A stretch of 64,000 bases of DNA from Eledone cirrhosa. Its lineage: Eukaryota. Under the pieces are notes generated by a model. It was not told the DNA's origin. It saw only the letters and a list, made by a program, of their open reading frames with translations, and searched no databases. Positions 1 to 13,529 of this stretch are shown in pieces. Location: the NCBI GenBank assembly GCA_964016885.1, contig OZ024748.1, positions 18,228,001 through 18,292,000 of the forward strand. Direction: 5' to 3'. A program made the translations under genes and the position numbers. Every line of letters begins with the position of its first letter. Position 1 is the stretch's first letter.

Positions 1-87
1 ACGTAAAGTGCCGTGACCCTATGCCGCAAAACATGGTGTCCGACCATCTACCGATTTTGCCAATCAACCGCTCTTAATATATTTATA

Positions 88-303
88 ATTGTTTTATACT
101 TTAGGCACAAGGCCAGTAATTTGAAGGGGAGGGGAAAGTCGATTAATTCAAACCCCAGTACTGGTACTTTATTTTATCGACTTCGTAAGGATGAAAGGTA
201 AAGTTAACCTCGGCGGGATTTGAACTCAGATCGTAAAGGGTCGTAACTCCATGCTGAAAAACATGGCGTCTGCCCCTCTACCGATACTGCCAATCCATCA
301 CCC
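88..303 (-). mobile_element. tRNA-derived SINE (family A, Meta-domain-like core)
   Basis: The reverse complement shows A-box TGGCAGTATCGG, B-box GAGTTCAAATCC, core CTTTCATCCTTACGAAGTCGATAAAATAAAGTACCAGT and a 3' end GGCCTTGTGCCTAAAGTA. Tandem neighbours lie at 1-70 and 325-490. Confidence 0.85.
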
Positions 304-679
304 TTATATATTTATAATAACGCTTTCTGAAATAGACACAAGGCCAATAATTTGGGCGGAGGGGGAAAGTCAAATACACCGACCCATTGTATTACTAGTA
401 CTCTGTTTTATCAATTCCTGGTAGGATGAACGATAAAGCTAACTTTGGCAGGATTTTGAACTCACAACGTAAAAGTGCCGTAACTCTATGAGTAAGATAG
501 TGAGAAGTGAAACTTCATCCAGCATTGTTAATTTCTTTATATTTTTAGTACTAATTACTTTACCATAATAACCACAGTCTATTTCAGTAGCTGAACATTG
601 CTGTTTGGTGCTTTAGTGTACACTTGTTTACAGGTCAGTAACATCTACTGTTTTAATTAGTATCAGAAGCAGATAGAGT

Positions 680-1255
680 AGTTCAAGTATCTCGGAGCCG
701 TGTTCACGAGTGATGGAAGTGTAAGAATTGCAGGAGCTGATGCAGTAATGTGCCAGCTTCAGCATTCAGTAATCAGAAGGGAGGTATGTGTAAAAGCCAA
801 ACTCACTATCTTCGGTATTCGTGCCAACCCTTAATTATGGTCGTGAATCTTAGGTAATGACCGAAAGAATACGATCGCGAATACAAGCAGCCGAAATTTG
901 GGTTCCTCCAAAAGGTCTTTTGAGCAATGTTACTCGATAGAGTGTGTACCTCGGTGATCAGAGAGTCACTCCAGGTAGGGCCGTTACTTCTCCGAATTGA
1001 GAGATCACAGCTCTGATACTATGGGCATGTGGTTAGAATGTCTCAGGAAAGAATCCCTGGACAATTTTACGGGCAAAACCAACAGGTAGGAGACCCAGGG
1101 GTAGACCCCGAGCAAGATTGTTGGATTACATCCATGAGCTTGGCTAGTCTCGCTTGGGAATCCAGCTGGATCAGTTGGAGACGGTTGCTTCTGGTAGGAC
1201 CTGCTGGAAGGAGTGTTTGAGGACACTTCCCCCCACGACCCTCTCAGGAATAAGA
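680..1255 (+). mobile_element. Degenerate RTE-clade LINE 3' fragment
   Basis: Broken frames read FKYLGAVFTSDG, VMTERIRSRIQAAE, YGHVVRMSQERIP and GRRPRGRP, the RT thumb/C-terminal motifs of RTE LINEs, with stops and frameshifts. Confidence 0.8.
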
Positions 1256-1733
1256 GGGCGAAGAAGAAAAAGGCACAACAGTATGTGACAAGCTTGGTCC
1301 TTTGATTTTCAGGTACATTTCCACTGAAAAGCTTCCAAATATATAGTTTCTCTTCTTTTTCTGTCCAGCGATTCTTTCCTGAGTCATTATAACCACATGC
1401 CCGCAATATCGGAACTGTGATTCCTCAATTTGACTCACAAGATTTAACTAGAGCCGTGTCTATGGTAAAAGATGATTCACCTAATATACCCCCACAGTGG
1501 CCTCGAATGAGAATCCTCATACTTATGATCAAATTTCTAGACAGCCCTGGTACAATACATATTGTACTTTAGTCTGGCGCTCTACCGATTTCACCAACCA
1601 CACACTCACCTACATATTACGTCTAATAATCGTTATAATAAACATCATAACCATATGTTGTTTATCATGACAAATGTACCATGTGTATATATATAATGGA
1701 GGAAGATGTGAAATAGATAGATAGGACAAACAG

Positions 1734-1803
<70 letters not shown>

Positions 1804-1953
1804 CATTTGTATGTATATATGAATATTTATTTATATGTATGTATATATATATATATATAAATGAAAGGTATAGAAAACACTGCAGCGAAAAGCGAACAGC
1901 ATTCCATAGTATATAAGTGACTATATATATATATATATATATACTAAACCTTG

Positions 1954-2033
<80 letters not shown>

Positions 2034-2519
2034 GAGAGAGAGAGAGATTTGAGTTTGAATTAGTTAGTAGCGTGAATAACAGAAGTCTAAATATAATAAA
2101 CATTTAATACAACATCTGGTTTCACTGAACGGGAGGGTAAATCCCGCCTATACTGTTATGTCACATTGGAAACCACTCAGCAGGCGATGTAATGTATATA
2201 TGTTTGTATGTGTGTGTATGTATGTGTGTATGTGTGTGTTTGTGTGTATGTATATTAGGTTAGGCTTTGTCATTTATCCTTACGGGGTCGATAAAATAAA
2301 GTACCAGTACCCCACTGGGGTCGATTTAATCGACTTCCCCCTCCCCCAAGATTGTTGGCCTTGTGTTTTAAATCAGAAACCATTGTTTTATAAACTTTCT
2401 CTAAGAGAGAATGGAATTTATACATCAACTAGGTAAATACGTATGTTTGTATGTGTCCCCCTCTCTCTCACACACACCTCTCCACTCTCTCACCTTTCTC
2501 TCTCTCTCTTCTGCTCTCC

Positions 2520-2587
<68 letters not shown>

Positions 2588-2939
2588 GTGCAGGTATGGG
2601 TGTTCTTCATATATGGATCTGTATGTTTTCAGTTATATATGTTCACGTGTCATCTAACGTGCTTCAGACTCAGTTTCCATCTGCCCAACCTCACCCAACA
2701 ATTCTTGGGTCAAATCGAAGCTATGGTAAATACTGCACTAGACTCAGTACCAGATTTACCATTGTGCTCAGGTGGGCTTAAGCATAGGTCCCGGTGGCCC
2801 GTCATCTTCCTGGTAAAAAGTTTTTTTACGATGAAATTTTCAAATGGCCTCATAACTACACTAGCACAGGGTCTATTTTCCCCTAAACCCGGCACCGACT
2901 AGACTTATCTACAAGCTAAATAAGCTGTAACTAGGCCAC

Positions 2940-3139
2940 NNNNNNNNNNNNNNNNNNNNNNNNNNNNNNNNNNNNNNNNNNNNNNNNNNNNNNNNNNNNN
3001 NNNNNNNNNNNNNNNNNNNNNNNNNNNNNNNNNNNNNNNNNNNNNNNNNNNNNNNNNNNNNNNNNNNNNNNNNNNNNNNNNNNNNNNNNNNNNNNNNNNN
3101 NNNNNNNNNNNNNNNNNNNNNNNNNNNNNNNNNNNNNNN
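2940..3139. other. Assembly gap (200 N)
   Basis: Run of N. Related sequence lies on both sides (2752-2939 vs 3140-3378). Confidence 0.99.
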
Positions 3140-4101
3140 AGCTGTAACTAGGGCCACACACATTGCCGAATTTACCATTGTGCTTAGGTGGGCTTAAGCA
3201 CAGGGTCTCGTTGGCCAGGGGCATTTTTCTGCCCCAAATAATTTTTACGATGAATTTTTCAAACGTTTTTCAAGTAAAGGGCTTCATAACTTAACTATCA
3301 CAGGGCCTCATTTGTCCTAAATCCGGCATTGAGTAGACTTACCTATAAGCTAAATATGCTACAACTTAGGGCCACACACTACACCCACGGGGTCCTGAAC
3401 AGGTGAAAGCCCGACCCTGGGTTGGGTACATGACACTCACCCGAGATGTCACACAGTAGGATCGAACCTGGGATAGCGGAACACCATGATTGCAAAACGA
3501 ATTTGTTAACCAATGAGCCATGATTGTGTTCTGACTGAGTTACATAATGAACTGGTGTCATGAAGTATCTTTAAAGAAAGATCGATAAAAATCAGAAGGT
3601 GAATCACGGTGGGTGGAAGGGAAGGAAACGCGGGTGGGGTGATTTTTATAATCAGATTATTGATATAACCCTAACCCTCACACCACTACTACCACCACCA
3701 CAACAACAACAGCAATACAAACAAGACGACGAACGCCACTACCAATTCCACCACCACAGTAACAACAACAGTAATACCAAGATGACAAACACCATCACCA
3801 CCACCACCACCACCACTACACCAACAATACCACCGCCACCACCGCCACTACAACCAATACCACCGCCAATACTAGTTAAAATGTTGCTTTTCAGAACATA
3901 AAACTGTTAATCTGACATATCTTACCTTCTCTCATGTTGACACACACACATACACACACATACACACATATATATAATGTGTATCTCTCTATCTCTCTCT
4001 CTCTATCTCTCTCTCTCTATGTATATATATACATATATGTCCCAAGGCTCTGATACCATCAACACTATAAACACAGAGCTGGCATATCTAAGAACTGACT
4101 A

Positions 4102-4157
4102 ACTGCCTGATGAGGTCATAGCCATTCAATGGCTATCATCGAAATATATATAGCAGT
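4102..4157 (+). ncRNA. Minimal type I hammerhead ribozyme motif
   Basis: ACTGC-CTGATGA-GGTCATAGCCATTCAATGGCTATCATC-GAAA-TATATA-TA-GCAGT: stem I ACTGC/GCAGT, long stem II, intact core, palindromic stem III, UA cleavage site. Confidence 0.85.
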
Positions 4158-4281
4158 AAATAAAGGATTATGATATAAGTTCATGCAATTGACTTATGTT
4201 TCGTCACTATATATACATATGTGTATGTGTATGTATATATATGTATGTATATACATTTATCTATATATATATACATATATG

Positions 4282-4318
<37 letters not shown>

Positions 4319-4361
4319 GAAAGTTATAGAAAGTATTGTAGCAAGAAGCCAACAGTATTCC

Positions 4362-4407
<46 letters not shown>

Positions 4408-5044
4408 CATGTGTGTTGTAGCTCTGAGATGGCATAGCTATAGGCTCACCTTTGGAATTTCACAGAATCTGTGTTAACAGAGAGTTTATTTAAGAAAATC
4501 AATATCAATATCTATACGTACTTAGGTACATAGAGACATATATTGACCTAGATATACACATACACACACATACATATACACATGCATATACACATATACC
4601 CGAATACACACACACGTACACACACTCAGACACACACACACATATATATATACACACATATAAGCACCTGAATACACACAGACATATATATATATACACA
4701 CATATACACATGCATATACACATATACCCGAATACACACACACGTACACACACTCAGACACACACACATATATATATACACACATATAAGCACCTGAATA
4801 CACACAGACACATATATATATATATATACACACATACACACATGCATGCACCCGAAGACACATATAAGCACGCATACATACATACTGCACACACACACAC
4901 ACACACACACATACACACACACATAAAAACATAAGCACGCGCCTATGGTGGTGAGTAGGTCTTCACTATCCAGACAGCTTCCAAAAATAATGGTTGCATT
5001 TAATAGGGTACGTCAAAATTATTTATAAAACTGTTTATATATTG

Positions 5045-5109
5045 TATTTTGTCTGATGAAGGCATACCATATTTTAATTTGGTATCCCTGAAATATGTAT
5101 AGTGAAATA
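5045..5109 (+). ncRNA. Minimal hammerhead motif (weak, wobble-rich stem I)
   Basis: TATTTTGT-CTGATGA-AGGCATACCA...TGGTATCCCT-GAAA-TATGTA-TA-GTGAAATA. Same family as 8601-8666. Confidence 0.7.
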
Positions 5110-5434
5110 AATATGGTTTTATAAATATAGTTTCCATTTATTAATATCGTATATCTACTCCAAAAACTTGTCGAGTGCTTTATATCAGTTATAAAATATT
5201 TACTTGTTGTATCCCAACAATTTTAAATAGAACTTTTGCATATATATATATATATGTGTAGGAGGTGAGTTTTATGGTAGTACAATAAAGCAATGCAGAT
5301 ATCGGATAAGATATGTGACGAAAACGCAAATGTCATCGCATGATGATATTTGTTTTTGAAATGCGCATAATAAAATACATGGAACTCTTTTAACCATCTT
5401 TTGGTCTTATATATATATATATATATATATATAA

Positions 5435-5848
5435 AAACGTTTGAATATGTGTAATAAGGCCAAGACAATGCAGGTATGGACATAGAAAAAAGAATGCAAT
5501 AGTGAAAGATATTGATGTGAATTCGTCTTTCACCTTGAATTTATTTAAATGTCCTTAATTTTCGAGATAATATCTCTTCTTCGGAGGGAAGTAAAGATCT
5601 CAAACCAGCGTCTTTAAATCTCTAGCCAAGCCATGCTGACCGGAAAGCATGGCTTGGCTAGAGATTTAAAGACGCTGGTTTGAGACCTTTACTTCCCTCC
5701 GAAGAAGAGATATTATCTCGAAAATTAAGGACATTTAAATAAATTCAAGGTGAAAGACGAATTCACATCAATATCTTTCACTATTGCATTCTTTTTTCTA
5801 TGTCCATACCTGCATTGTCTTGGCCTTATTACACATATTCAAACGTTT
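5435..5848. repeat. Fold-back palindrome (about 203-bp arms, 8-nt loop) with a degenerate hammerhead in each arm
   Basis: The arms are reverse complements around GACCGGAA (5638-5645), with one mismatch seen. The right arm has CCGAAGA-AGAGATATTATCTC-GAAA-AT-TA-AGGA. Flanked by (TA)n. Confidence 0.95.
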
Positions 5849-5890
5849 ATACCTCATTACACAATGCTTCAAGTGAACTATAACCTCCTC

Positions 5891-5941
<51 letters not shown>

Positions 5942-6009
5942 AGCGAATTTCGGACCGTTAAGGTGTGATTTCCATGGGTATGTCGTTATTTATAAAACAA
6001 ATTTTGTAT

Positions 6010-6068
6010 TTTATCTGATGAAAGCGCACCAAGATTGGCTTGGTCGCCCTTGAAATATATATAATAAA
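6010..6068 (+). ncRNA. Minimal type I hammerhead motif
   Basis: TTTAT-CTGATGA-AAGCGCACCAAGATTGGCTTGGTCGCCCTT-GAAA-TATATA-TA-ATAAA. Confidence 0.8.
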
Positions 6069-6282
6069 TATGGTTTTATAAATATAGTTTCCATTTATTT
6101 GCCTTTCATCCTTACGGGGTCGATAAAATAAAGTACCAGTAATGTACTGGGTATTTACTGGCCTTGTGCCAATAGTAGAAACAATTATTATCTTGGAATA
6201 TTTACTCCAGTAACTTGTTGAGTGCTCTATATCAGTTATAAACATTTGTTTGTCGGAATTCCAACAAATTAAATACAACTCC

Positions 6283-6369
<87 letters not shown>

Positions 6370-6445
6370 CGAAGGAAATGTGGTAAGGAACCAGGTGGAC
6401 CATAACGCACCAAAGTACTCAATACTTGAGGTAGTAGAGTGGGTA

Positions 6446-6567
6446 ATAGGAACCAGTAAGACCCCGACAGCTGAGCTCAAGCCGTTTCGACGGCTAATTC
6501 TGGACGCGTCCAGAATTAGCCGTCGAAACGGCTTGAGCTCAGCTGTCGGGGTCTTACTGGTTCCTAT
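6446..6567. repeat. Perfect 122-bp palindrome at the end of a TA-embedded element
   Basis: Centre GGACG|CGTCC at 6506/6507 with no spacer. The flank 6370-6445 is homologous in reverse to 55958-56030. Confidence 0.95.
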
Positions 6568-6587
6568 ATATATATATATATATATAT

Positions 6588-7171
6588 ATTATTATTATTA
6601 TGTCCAAATCATAAAGGTCCATGGTGTATGTTGGTTAAATTCCTGAAAACTGTAGAGTGCTCAACTAATCGGGCTGGAAAGTGCCAATCGTATATGTAAT
6701 ATAGAATATGCTTCGATCAATCCCGGTTGGAGCTGTATGAATGAAGTAATTCCATCGGAAAAGTCCAGGAAAAAAGAGTGCTCTATGTAGGCAACAGTTT
6801 TCAGGAATTTAACCAACATACACCATGGACCTTTATGATTTGGACATAATAATAATAATTAAGTTCTGTTGCCTACATAGAGCACTCTTTTTTCCTGGAC
6901 TTTTCCGATGGAATTACTTCATTTATACAGCTCCAACCAGGATTGATCGAAGCATATTCTATATTACATATACGATTGGCACTTTCCAGCCCGATTAGTT
7001 GAGCACTCTACAGTTTTCAGGAATTTAACCAACATACACCATGGACCTTTATGATTTGGACATAATAATAATAATTAAGCTCTGTTGCCTACATAGAGCA
7101 CTCTTTTTTCCTGGACTTTTCCGATGGAATTACTTCATTTATACAGCTCCAACCAGGATTGATCGAAGCAT

Positions 7172-7180
<9 letters not shown>
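6588..7180. repeat. 216-bp unit in about 1.8 tandem copies preceded by an inverted copy
   Basis: CAGTTTTCAGGAATTTAACC recurs at 6795 and 7011. Segment 6588-6797 is the reverse complement of the unit. (TA)n on both sides. Confidence 0.9.
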
Positions 7181-7203
<23 letters not shown>

Positions 7204-7433
7204 AGAAAGTAAAAATCAAAATAAAGTAAAAAAAGGGGGAGGGGCGTATTGACAACGATAGGTGAGTGTGTGGGAGGGAGGGGGGAGGGAATATAAAAAC
7301 AACTTAAATATAAACAAATACACAAGATATGCATATATATATACATATTTATATATATATATATATATATACACATACATACACACATACACATATACAA
7401 GCATATATACCTATACACACATGCAAACACACA

Positions 7434-7499
<66 letters not shown>

Positions 7500-7635
7500 A
7501 AAGTTTTATTTAAATTTGTTGGGTTACAACAAGTAAATATTTTATAACCGATATAAAGCACTCGACAAGTTTTTGGAGTAGATATACGATAGTAAACAAA
7601 TGGAAACTATATTTATAAAACCATATTTATTTCAT

Positions 7636-8395
7636 GGCATAGGTTAAGTTTAACGTCCTCGAAAATGAAACTAGGTTTTCTGACAAGTGAATGTGTTTTT
7701 TTTTTTTTTTTACAATGAAATTTACGATACACCCTTTGGTTATTTACAACAGGTCTCTATAGTGATATGGTGTTAATTAGTATTGCGTGTGTGATTATTT
7801 TCTCTTATATATATATATATGTGTGGGTGTGTATATGTGTGTATATATATGTGTGTCTGTATGTATATATATATGTGTGTGTTTGTATATATATATGTGT
7901 TTGTGTCATCATCATCGTTTACATGTTTTTACCCAAATCCCTTATCATTCTCTGTCCTTCTTATGACCCGGCCTTTATTTGTTTATAGTTGGTGCCAACT
8001 TTGGCAAGATATTACAAAAACATCTAAACGATGATGATGACACAAACACATATATATATACAAACACACATATATATATATACATACAGACACACATATA
8101 TATATACACACATATACACACCCACACATATATATATATAAGAGAAAATAATCACACACGCAATACTAATTAACACCATATCACTATAGAGACCTGTTGT
8201 AAATAACCAAAGGGTGTATCGTAAATTTCATTGTAAAAAAAAAAAAAAAACACATTCACTTGTCAGAAAACCTAGTTTCATTTTCGAGGACGTTAAACTT
8301 AACCTATGCCATATAGGCATAAAAAAAAAAAAACACACATTCACTTGTCAGAAAACCTAGTTTCATTTTCGAGGACGTTAAACTTAACCTATGCC
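7636..8395. mobile_element. Fold-back DNA transposon, probably non-autonomous Mutator/MULE type
   Basis: Ends are GGCATAGGTT...AACCTATGCC. About 295-bp inverted arms (7636-7930 / 8016-8310). Perfect 9-bp TSD TTATTTCAT (7627-7635, 8396-8404). The right terminus is duplicated. Confidence 0.8.
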
Positions 8396-8396
8396 T

Positions 8397-8462
8397 TATT
8401 TCATTATACATATTTCAGGGATACCATATTAAAAATATGGCATGCCTTCGTCAGATAAAATA
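8397..8462 (-). ncRNA. Minimal hammerhead motif (mirror arm)
   Basis: Reverse complement: TATTTTAT-CTGACGA-AGGCATGCCATATTTTTAATATGGTATCCCT-GAAA-TATGTA-TA-ATGAAATA. Confidence 0.8.
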
Positions 8463-8600
8463 CAATATATAAACAGTTTTATAAATAATTTTGACGTACC
8501 ATAAATATGAGCGACCATTAGGTAGGAAACCAGCTTCCTACCTTAATGGTTGCTATATTCATGGTACGTCAAAATTATTTATAAAACTGTTTATATATTG

Positions 8601-8666
8601 TATTTTATCTGACGAAGGCATGCCATATTTTTAATATGGTATCCCCGAAATATGTATAATGAAATA
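8601..8666 (+). ncRNA. Minimal hammerhead motif
   Basis: TATTTTAT-CTGACGA-stem II-GAAA-TATGTA-TA-ATGAAATA. 8-bp stem I with one G-U pair. Confidence 0.8.
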
Positions 8667-8769
8667 AATATGGTTTTATAAATATAGTTTCCATTTGTTT
8701 ACTATCGTATATATATATATATATATGAAAGGTATAGAAAGTATTGTAGCAAGAAGCCAACAGTATTCC

Positions 8770-8823
<54 letters not shown>

Positions 8824-9180
8824 CTAATCTATCAGCGAAAGGCTACAGCCACAGATATCTGTAATATCATCAGATCAATAAATATTGAAACAAGCTCTTC
8901 TATGTTCTATCATTGGGTTACAACTTGTACAGAGTCTTTCTTTAGGAAATATCTCTTGTCTATCTTTTACTACAAACAACCAATTTCCATCTTATATCTT
9001 CTTAAATAACCATTGAATCACACGCACACACAAACACATGCACATACGTGCACGCATATATACATAGGCACATATATACAGACAGTGGGACACACACGTC
9101 GTGCACAGACACATATACACAAGTACACTCGCACACACATATACACACACACACACGCACAGGAACATTCAGAAACTTAA

Positions 9181-9245
<65 letters not shown>

Positions 9246-9983
9246 GCACACACATCCACACAAAAACACGCTTACATACACATGCAGACACTTACATACA
9301 CGCACAAATAGACACATAGAAATCTATACACAAAGACAAACCTACTCACAAAAACAATCACTTGCACACTCACTTAGATACAAACACACACAGTCACACA
9401 CACAGATACAAAAACACACGCACAAATGCACGCAAAAATACACTCATAGAAACACACACAAACAAACATACAGATACAGATATTCGCAAACAGACAGAGA
9501 GAGAGAGACACAGATTCACACACACAGATGCACACATACAAACACACACGCAGATACAGATACACGCAAAGTCACAGGGAGACAGACAGACTCACACATA
9601 TACACATATGCACATATAAAAAAACACACACACACATACACACACACATGCACACAACCAGATACACACATACAAACACACAGATGCACGCAACCAGATA
9701 CACATATACAAACACACACACACACACACACAGATGCACGCAAACAAATACACACATACAAATACACACGCACACACTCAGACAGATACACACGTTCACA
9801 CACACATTCAGACAGACAGACACACACACACTCAGACAGAGAGACAGACAGAGTCAAGAGTTTGTAACTCTATGTACTTCTATTACTATCACTTCCGTTG
9901 TCTCTGTCCCATATTTTAGTAACCTCAAGGAAAGGAAATTAATACAAAACCCGAACACAACCGACATTGATCTTTCACTATCT

Positions 9984-10022
<39 letters not shown>

Positions 10023-10113
10023 CATTACTACCACCACCACCACCACCACCACTACTACTACTATACTACTACTACTACTACTAGTACCCTCACCACCACT
10101 GATAAGACCACCA

Positions 10114-10156
<43 letters not shown>

Positions 10157-10334
10157 ACCCCCCCCCCATCATCATCACCATCACCACCACTACCATGGAG
10201 GGGCATCATAAAATAACGTGTGTTGCTCAAAGATAAAACACTCTACCGGAAATCAAACTCACAACCTTCCAATGGTGAGGTAAACACACTAACCACTAAG
10301 CCACGCTCCTGTGGGAGTTTCATTCAATAAGAAA

Positions 10335-10690
10335 AAAGGAACCGATCATCAGAGGAAACTAAAACTATGTTTCTATTGGTCTTTCAATTGCTGATAATAT
10401 CTGTCAGTCACAAGTCATGGCAGAACGAAGAAGCTGATCGCCAGACCAGATCAAAGAAACTATGTGACCATTGGTCTTTCCATTGCTGTTACTATCTCTC
10501 AGCTGTAACTCCTGGCTGAAGAAAGGAACTGATTGTCAGATCAGACCAAGAAAACAATGTTTCTATTAGTCTTTCCACTGTTGATAATATCTGTCGTTGT
10601 AACTCCTGGCAGAAAAAAGAAGCTGATTATCAGACCAGACGAAAGAAACTATATGTCCATTAGTCTTTCCATTCCTAATAATTAGTTATA
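10335..10690. repeat. Degenerate tandem repeat, about 87 bp x 4
   Basis: Recurrent CTGAT..CAGACCAGA..AAGAAACTATGT..CATTGGTCTTTCCATTGCTG. Confidence 0.75.
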
Positions 10691-11024
10691 ACGAAAACAA
10701 GTGTTTATATTTTCTCAAAGAAATCATTTGCAGATATGTCTCAACAGAAAATAGTGAAGTAAGATAATGAGATTTAGGGGAAAAACATGTATGTATGTTC
10801 TTCTGGTTTTATAATTTCACAAATTTTTTTACCAATAGAGAGAGAGAGTCGGTTTCTAACACAAGACTCCCTCATTGGAATTTACACAACATCAACTAGG
10901 TAGATTATGTATGCATGCATGCATGTGTAGATATGGATGTTATTGTATGTGTGGATGTGGATGTTTTGAGTTGTATGTGTGCATGTGTATATGCTTTGTA
11001 TCTGTACAAGTGTATATGCAGTTA

Positions 11025-12675
11025 TTAGATGCAACATTTTTGGAATGTTTTACATATTTTTACTGCTCCATTAATAGATTGTACTTGTAATTTCCTAACT
11101 AGTTGTGTTCTTTCTGTTCCTGTGAAGCCTAGCTTCTCAAAATTTGTATTGAGGCAGTTACTAACATACCCCAGTGCCTCAATAATCACAGGCATAAATC
11201 TGAAGGTGTAATCAGGGTGGAGTATCTGCAGATTTCTCATCAGTTCTGCATAAATATTCTCCTTTTCGCTAATCTTTGATATTATATTGGCATCTGCTGG
11301 GCAGCTAATTTCCACTACCGTGCATGCTTTCTTCTCCCAATCCCATATGATAATATCTGGTCTGTTATGCCGGCATTTTATTGGGGGTTTTACTGGAACA
11401 TTCCACCAGTACTCTTTCATATTATGTACGTGGATGTCTTCCATATTGCTATAGCTTTTAATGTGTTTATTATCGGGGCTATCTTTTTTACGAACTGCAT
11501 TGTACAGTGTTTTGGCCACTACATCATGCCTCATAGGTAGATAGTACCACGATGACATCTTTGGACAGCTGCTGATGACTTGGGTGATATCTTCGATGTT
11601 AGTTCTGCAGAGTCTGCACTTGTTATCACATCTAGGTGTTTTGCCTGTATCCCTATCTCTTTTGTGAATCATGTATTTCGTGTTAATCTCCTGTTCTTGG
11701 ATTGCAAAAGCGTATCCTTCAAAGTGGGAGCCAATATAGCGGTTGTTGGTCCAAGATAGACTACTTTCCTTATCTATATTACTCTCACTCTGGAGCTTCC
11801 TGGCAACATATCCATGCATGATTTTTTGCTGATAAGCATGCAGTTTTTCATCCATGGATTCACTACGATATTGCTGAGCGACTTCCCTGGGTGTGAGTTT
11901 TTGATTATCACACAGGGAATATCTCTCGAGGAGTTCCTTCTCAACTCTCATGATCTTATATGTTTCATGCAGATAGACTTGCTCGAGAGACGGGCTCCTA
12001 CGCTTCGAGGTTCGTAGATGTTGTCGGAGGGATATGATGCAACATTCAAATGCTGTCTGGACTGATGTTAGGCCTCTGCCTCCCTGCTTATATTTCAAGT
12101 AAAGGCGGTCTATGTCATTGTTGATGTGAAAGTTTCCGGTGTTGTTTAGTATTTTTCGAGTTCCAACATCAACTGCTCGGATTTCGTCTATCGTCCAATT
12201 GAGTATTCCAAACGTTGGTGTTAGGACAGGCACAGCAAACACATTGTGAGCCACTGTTTTGTTTTGCGCAGAGAAGTCCGATGACCAAATCTTTCTTAAT
12301 CGGGTGTAGTATTCTCTGGTTACGCGTTCTTTATTACAGATACCATTATAGGATATGTTCTCATCTATCCCCAGGTATCTGTAGCAGTCCTCATCAGATA
12401 TCGGTGAAACAGTTAGGCCATTGATGACAATGTTGCTAGATTGGGTTGTTGTTTTTCCCCGCTTTACAGTCATGTATGAGCATTTATCTTGGCCAAACTC
12501 CATTCCTATATCCTTTGAGAGAACGTTGTAACCAGGTCAAGATTTTTCTTCATCCCATCCATGTTCTTGGCATAGAGTTTCAGATCGTCCACAAATAAAT
12601 TCTGGGTTAGGTTCGTATTTCTGTCCTCCTGTGAGCCAATGATGTATCGCTCACATTTCTTGAGCAGAAAGGACT
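11025..12675 (-). mobile_element. 5'-truncated non-LTR retrotransposon with restriction-like endonuclease (R4/Dong-like)
   Basis: The upstream frame reads LFVDDLKLYAK (RT active site), then a frameshift into the 492-aa ORF with FGQDKC, YRYLG, a zinc knuckle CRLC..EDITQVISSC (H to Q), RHD and the PD-(D/E)xK motif RPDIIIWD..VVEISCP. Confidence 0.9.
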
Positions 12676-12842
12676 ATGTATGTATGTATGTATGTATGTA
12701 TGTATGTATGTAGTCACATGCATGTGCACGTGTGCGGTGTGTGTGTATTATCTTTACAGATTGTACCAGACACATTAGAATGTATATGTATAATGAAATA
12801 AATATGGTTTTATAAATATAGTTTCCATTTGTTAATATATCG

Positions 12843-12924
<82 letters not shown>

Positions 12925-13529
12925 TAGATATCTATATTTGTGTGTATATATACGTATATATATATATATATACGTATATATGTGTGTGTGTATATATGAA
13001 TAGATATTTATCTATCTCTATATATATAGGTACATATGTATTCATACACACACACACACACAAACAAAGGGACATACATGTTCATATGTTCACGATTGAT
13101 AATGCTTTGGTAAGCAGTAAGTAGAAAAATATAGAAATAGATCTAAAGATAGATAGGGAGAGAAAGAAAGAGATGGAGAGGTGGAAGGGGAGATAGGGAG
13201 GGGGGAAGGGGGAGAGAGATGGAGAATGAGAGAGAAGGGGAAGAAGATATAGGGTGAGATAGAGAGAGACAAATGTAAACATAAAAATGAAGACAGACTG
13301 GGAGAAACTCGTGTGTGTGTGTGTGTGTGTGTGTGTAATTTTGTGTAAGTGTGTATGCATGTGAAAAAACAGATGAGAAAAATACATGAACATATGGACA
13401 TATATGGGCATAGTTTGTCACAAATATACGTACGTACATGCACGTACACACACAAACACATACATTGCATATGGATATAGACAGTCACATACACACATAC
13501 ACATATCTATATGTACATACATACATACA

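Noticed and set aside
9048-10236. His/Thr-rich ORFs up to 227 aa
   Set aside because: CA-rich and (CTA)/(CAC) simple repeats with no domain or splice support.
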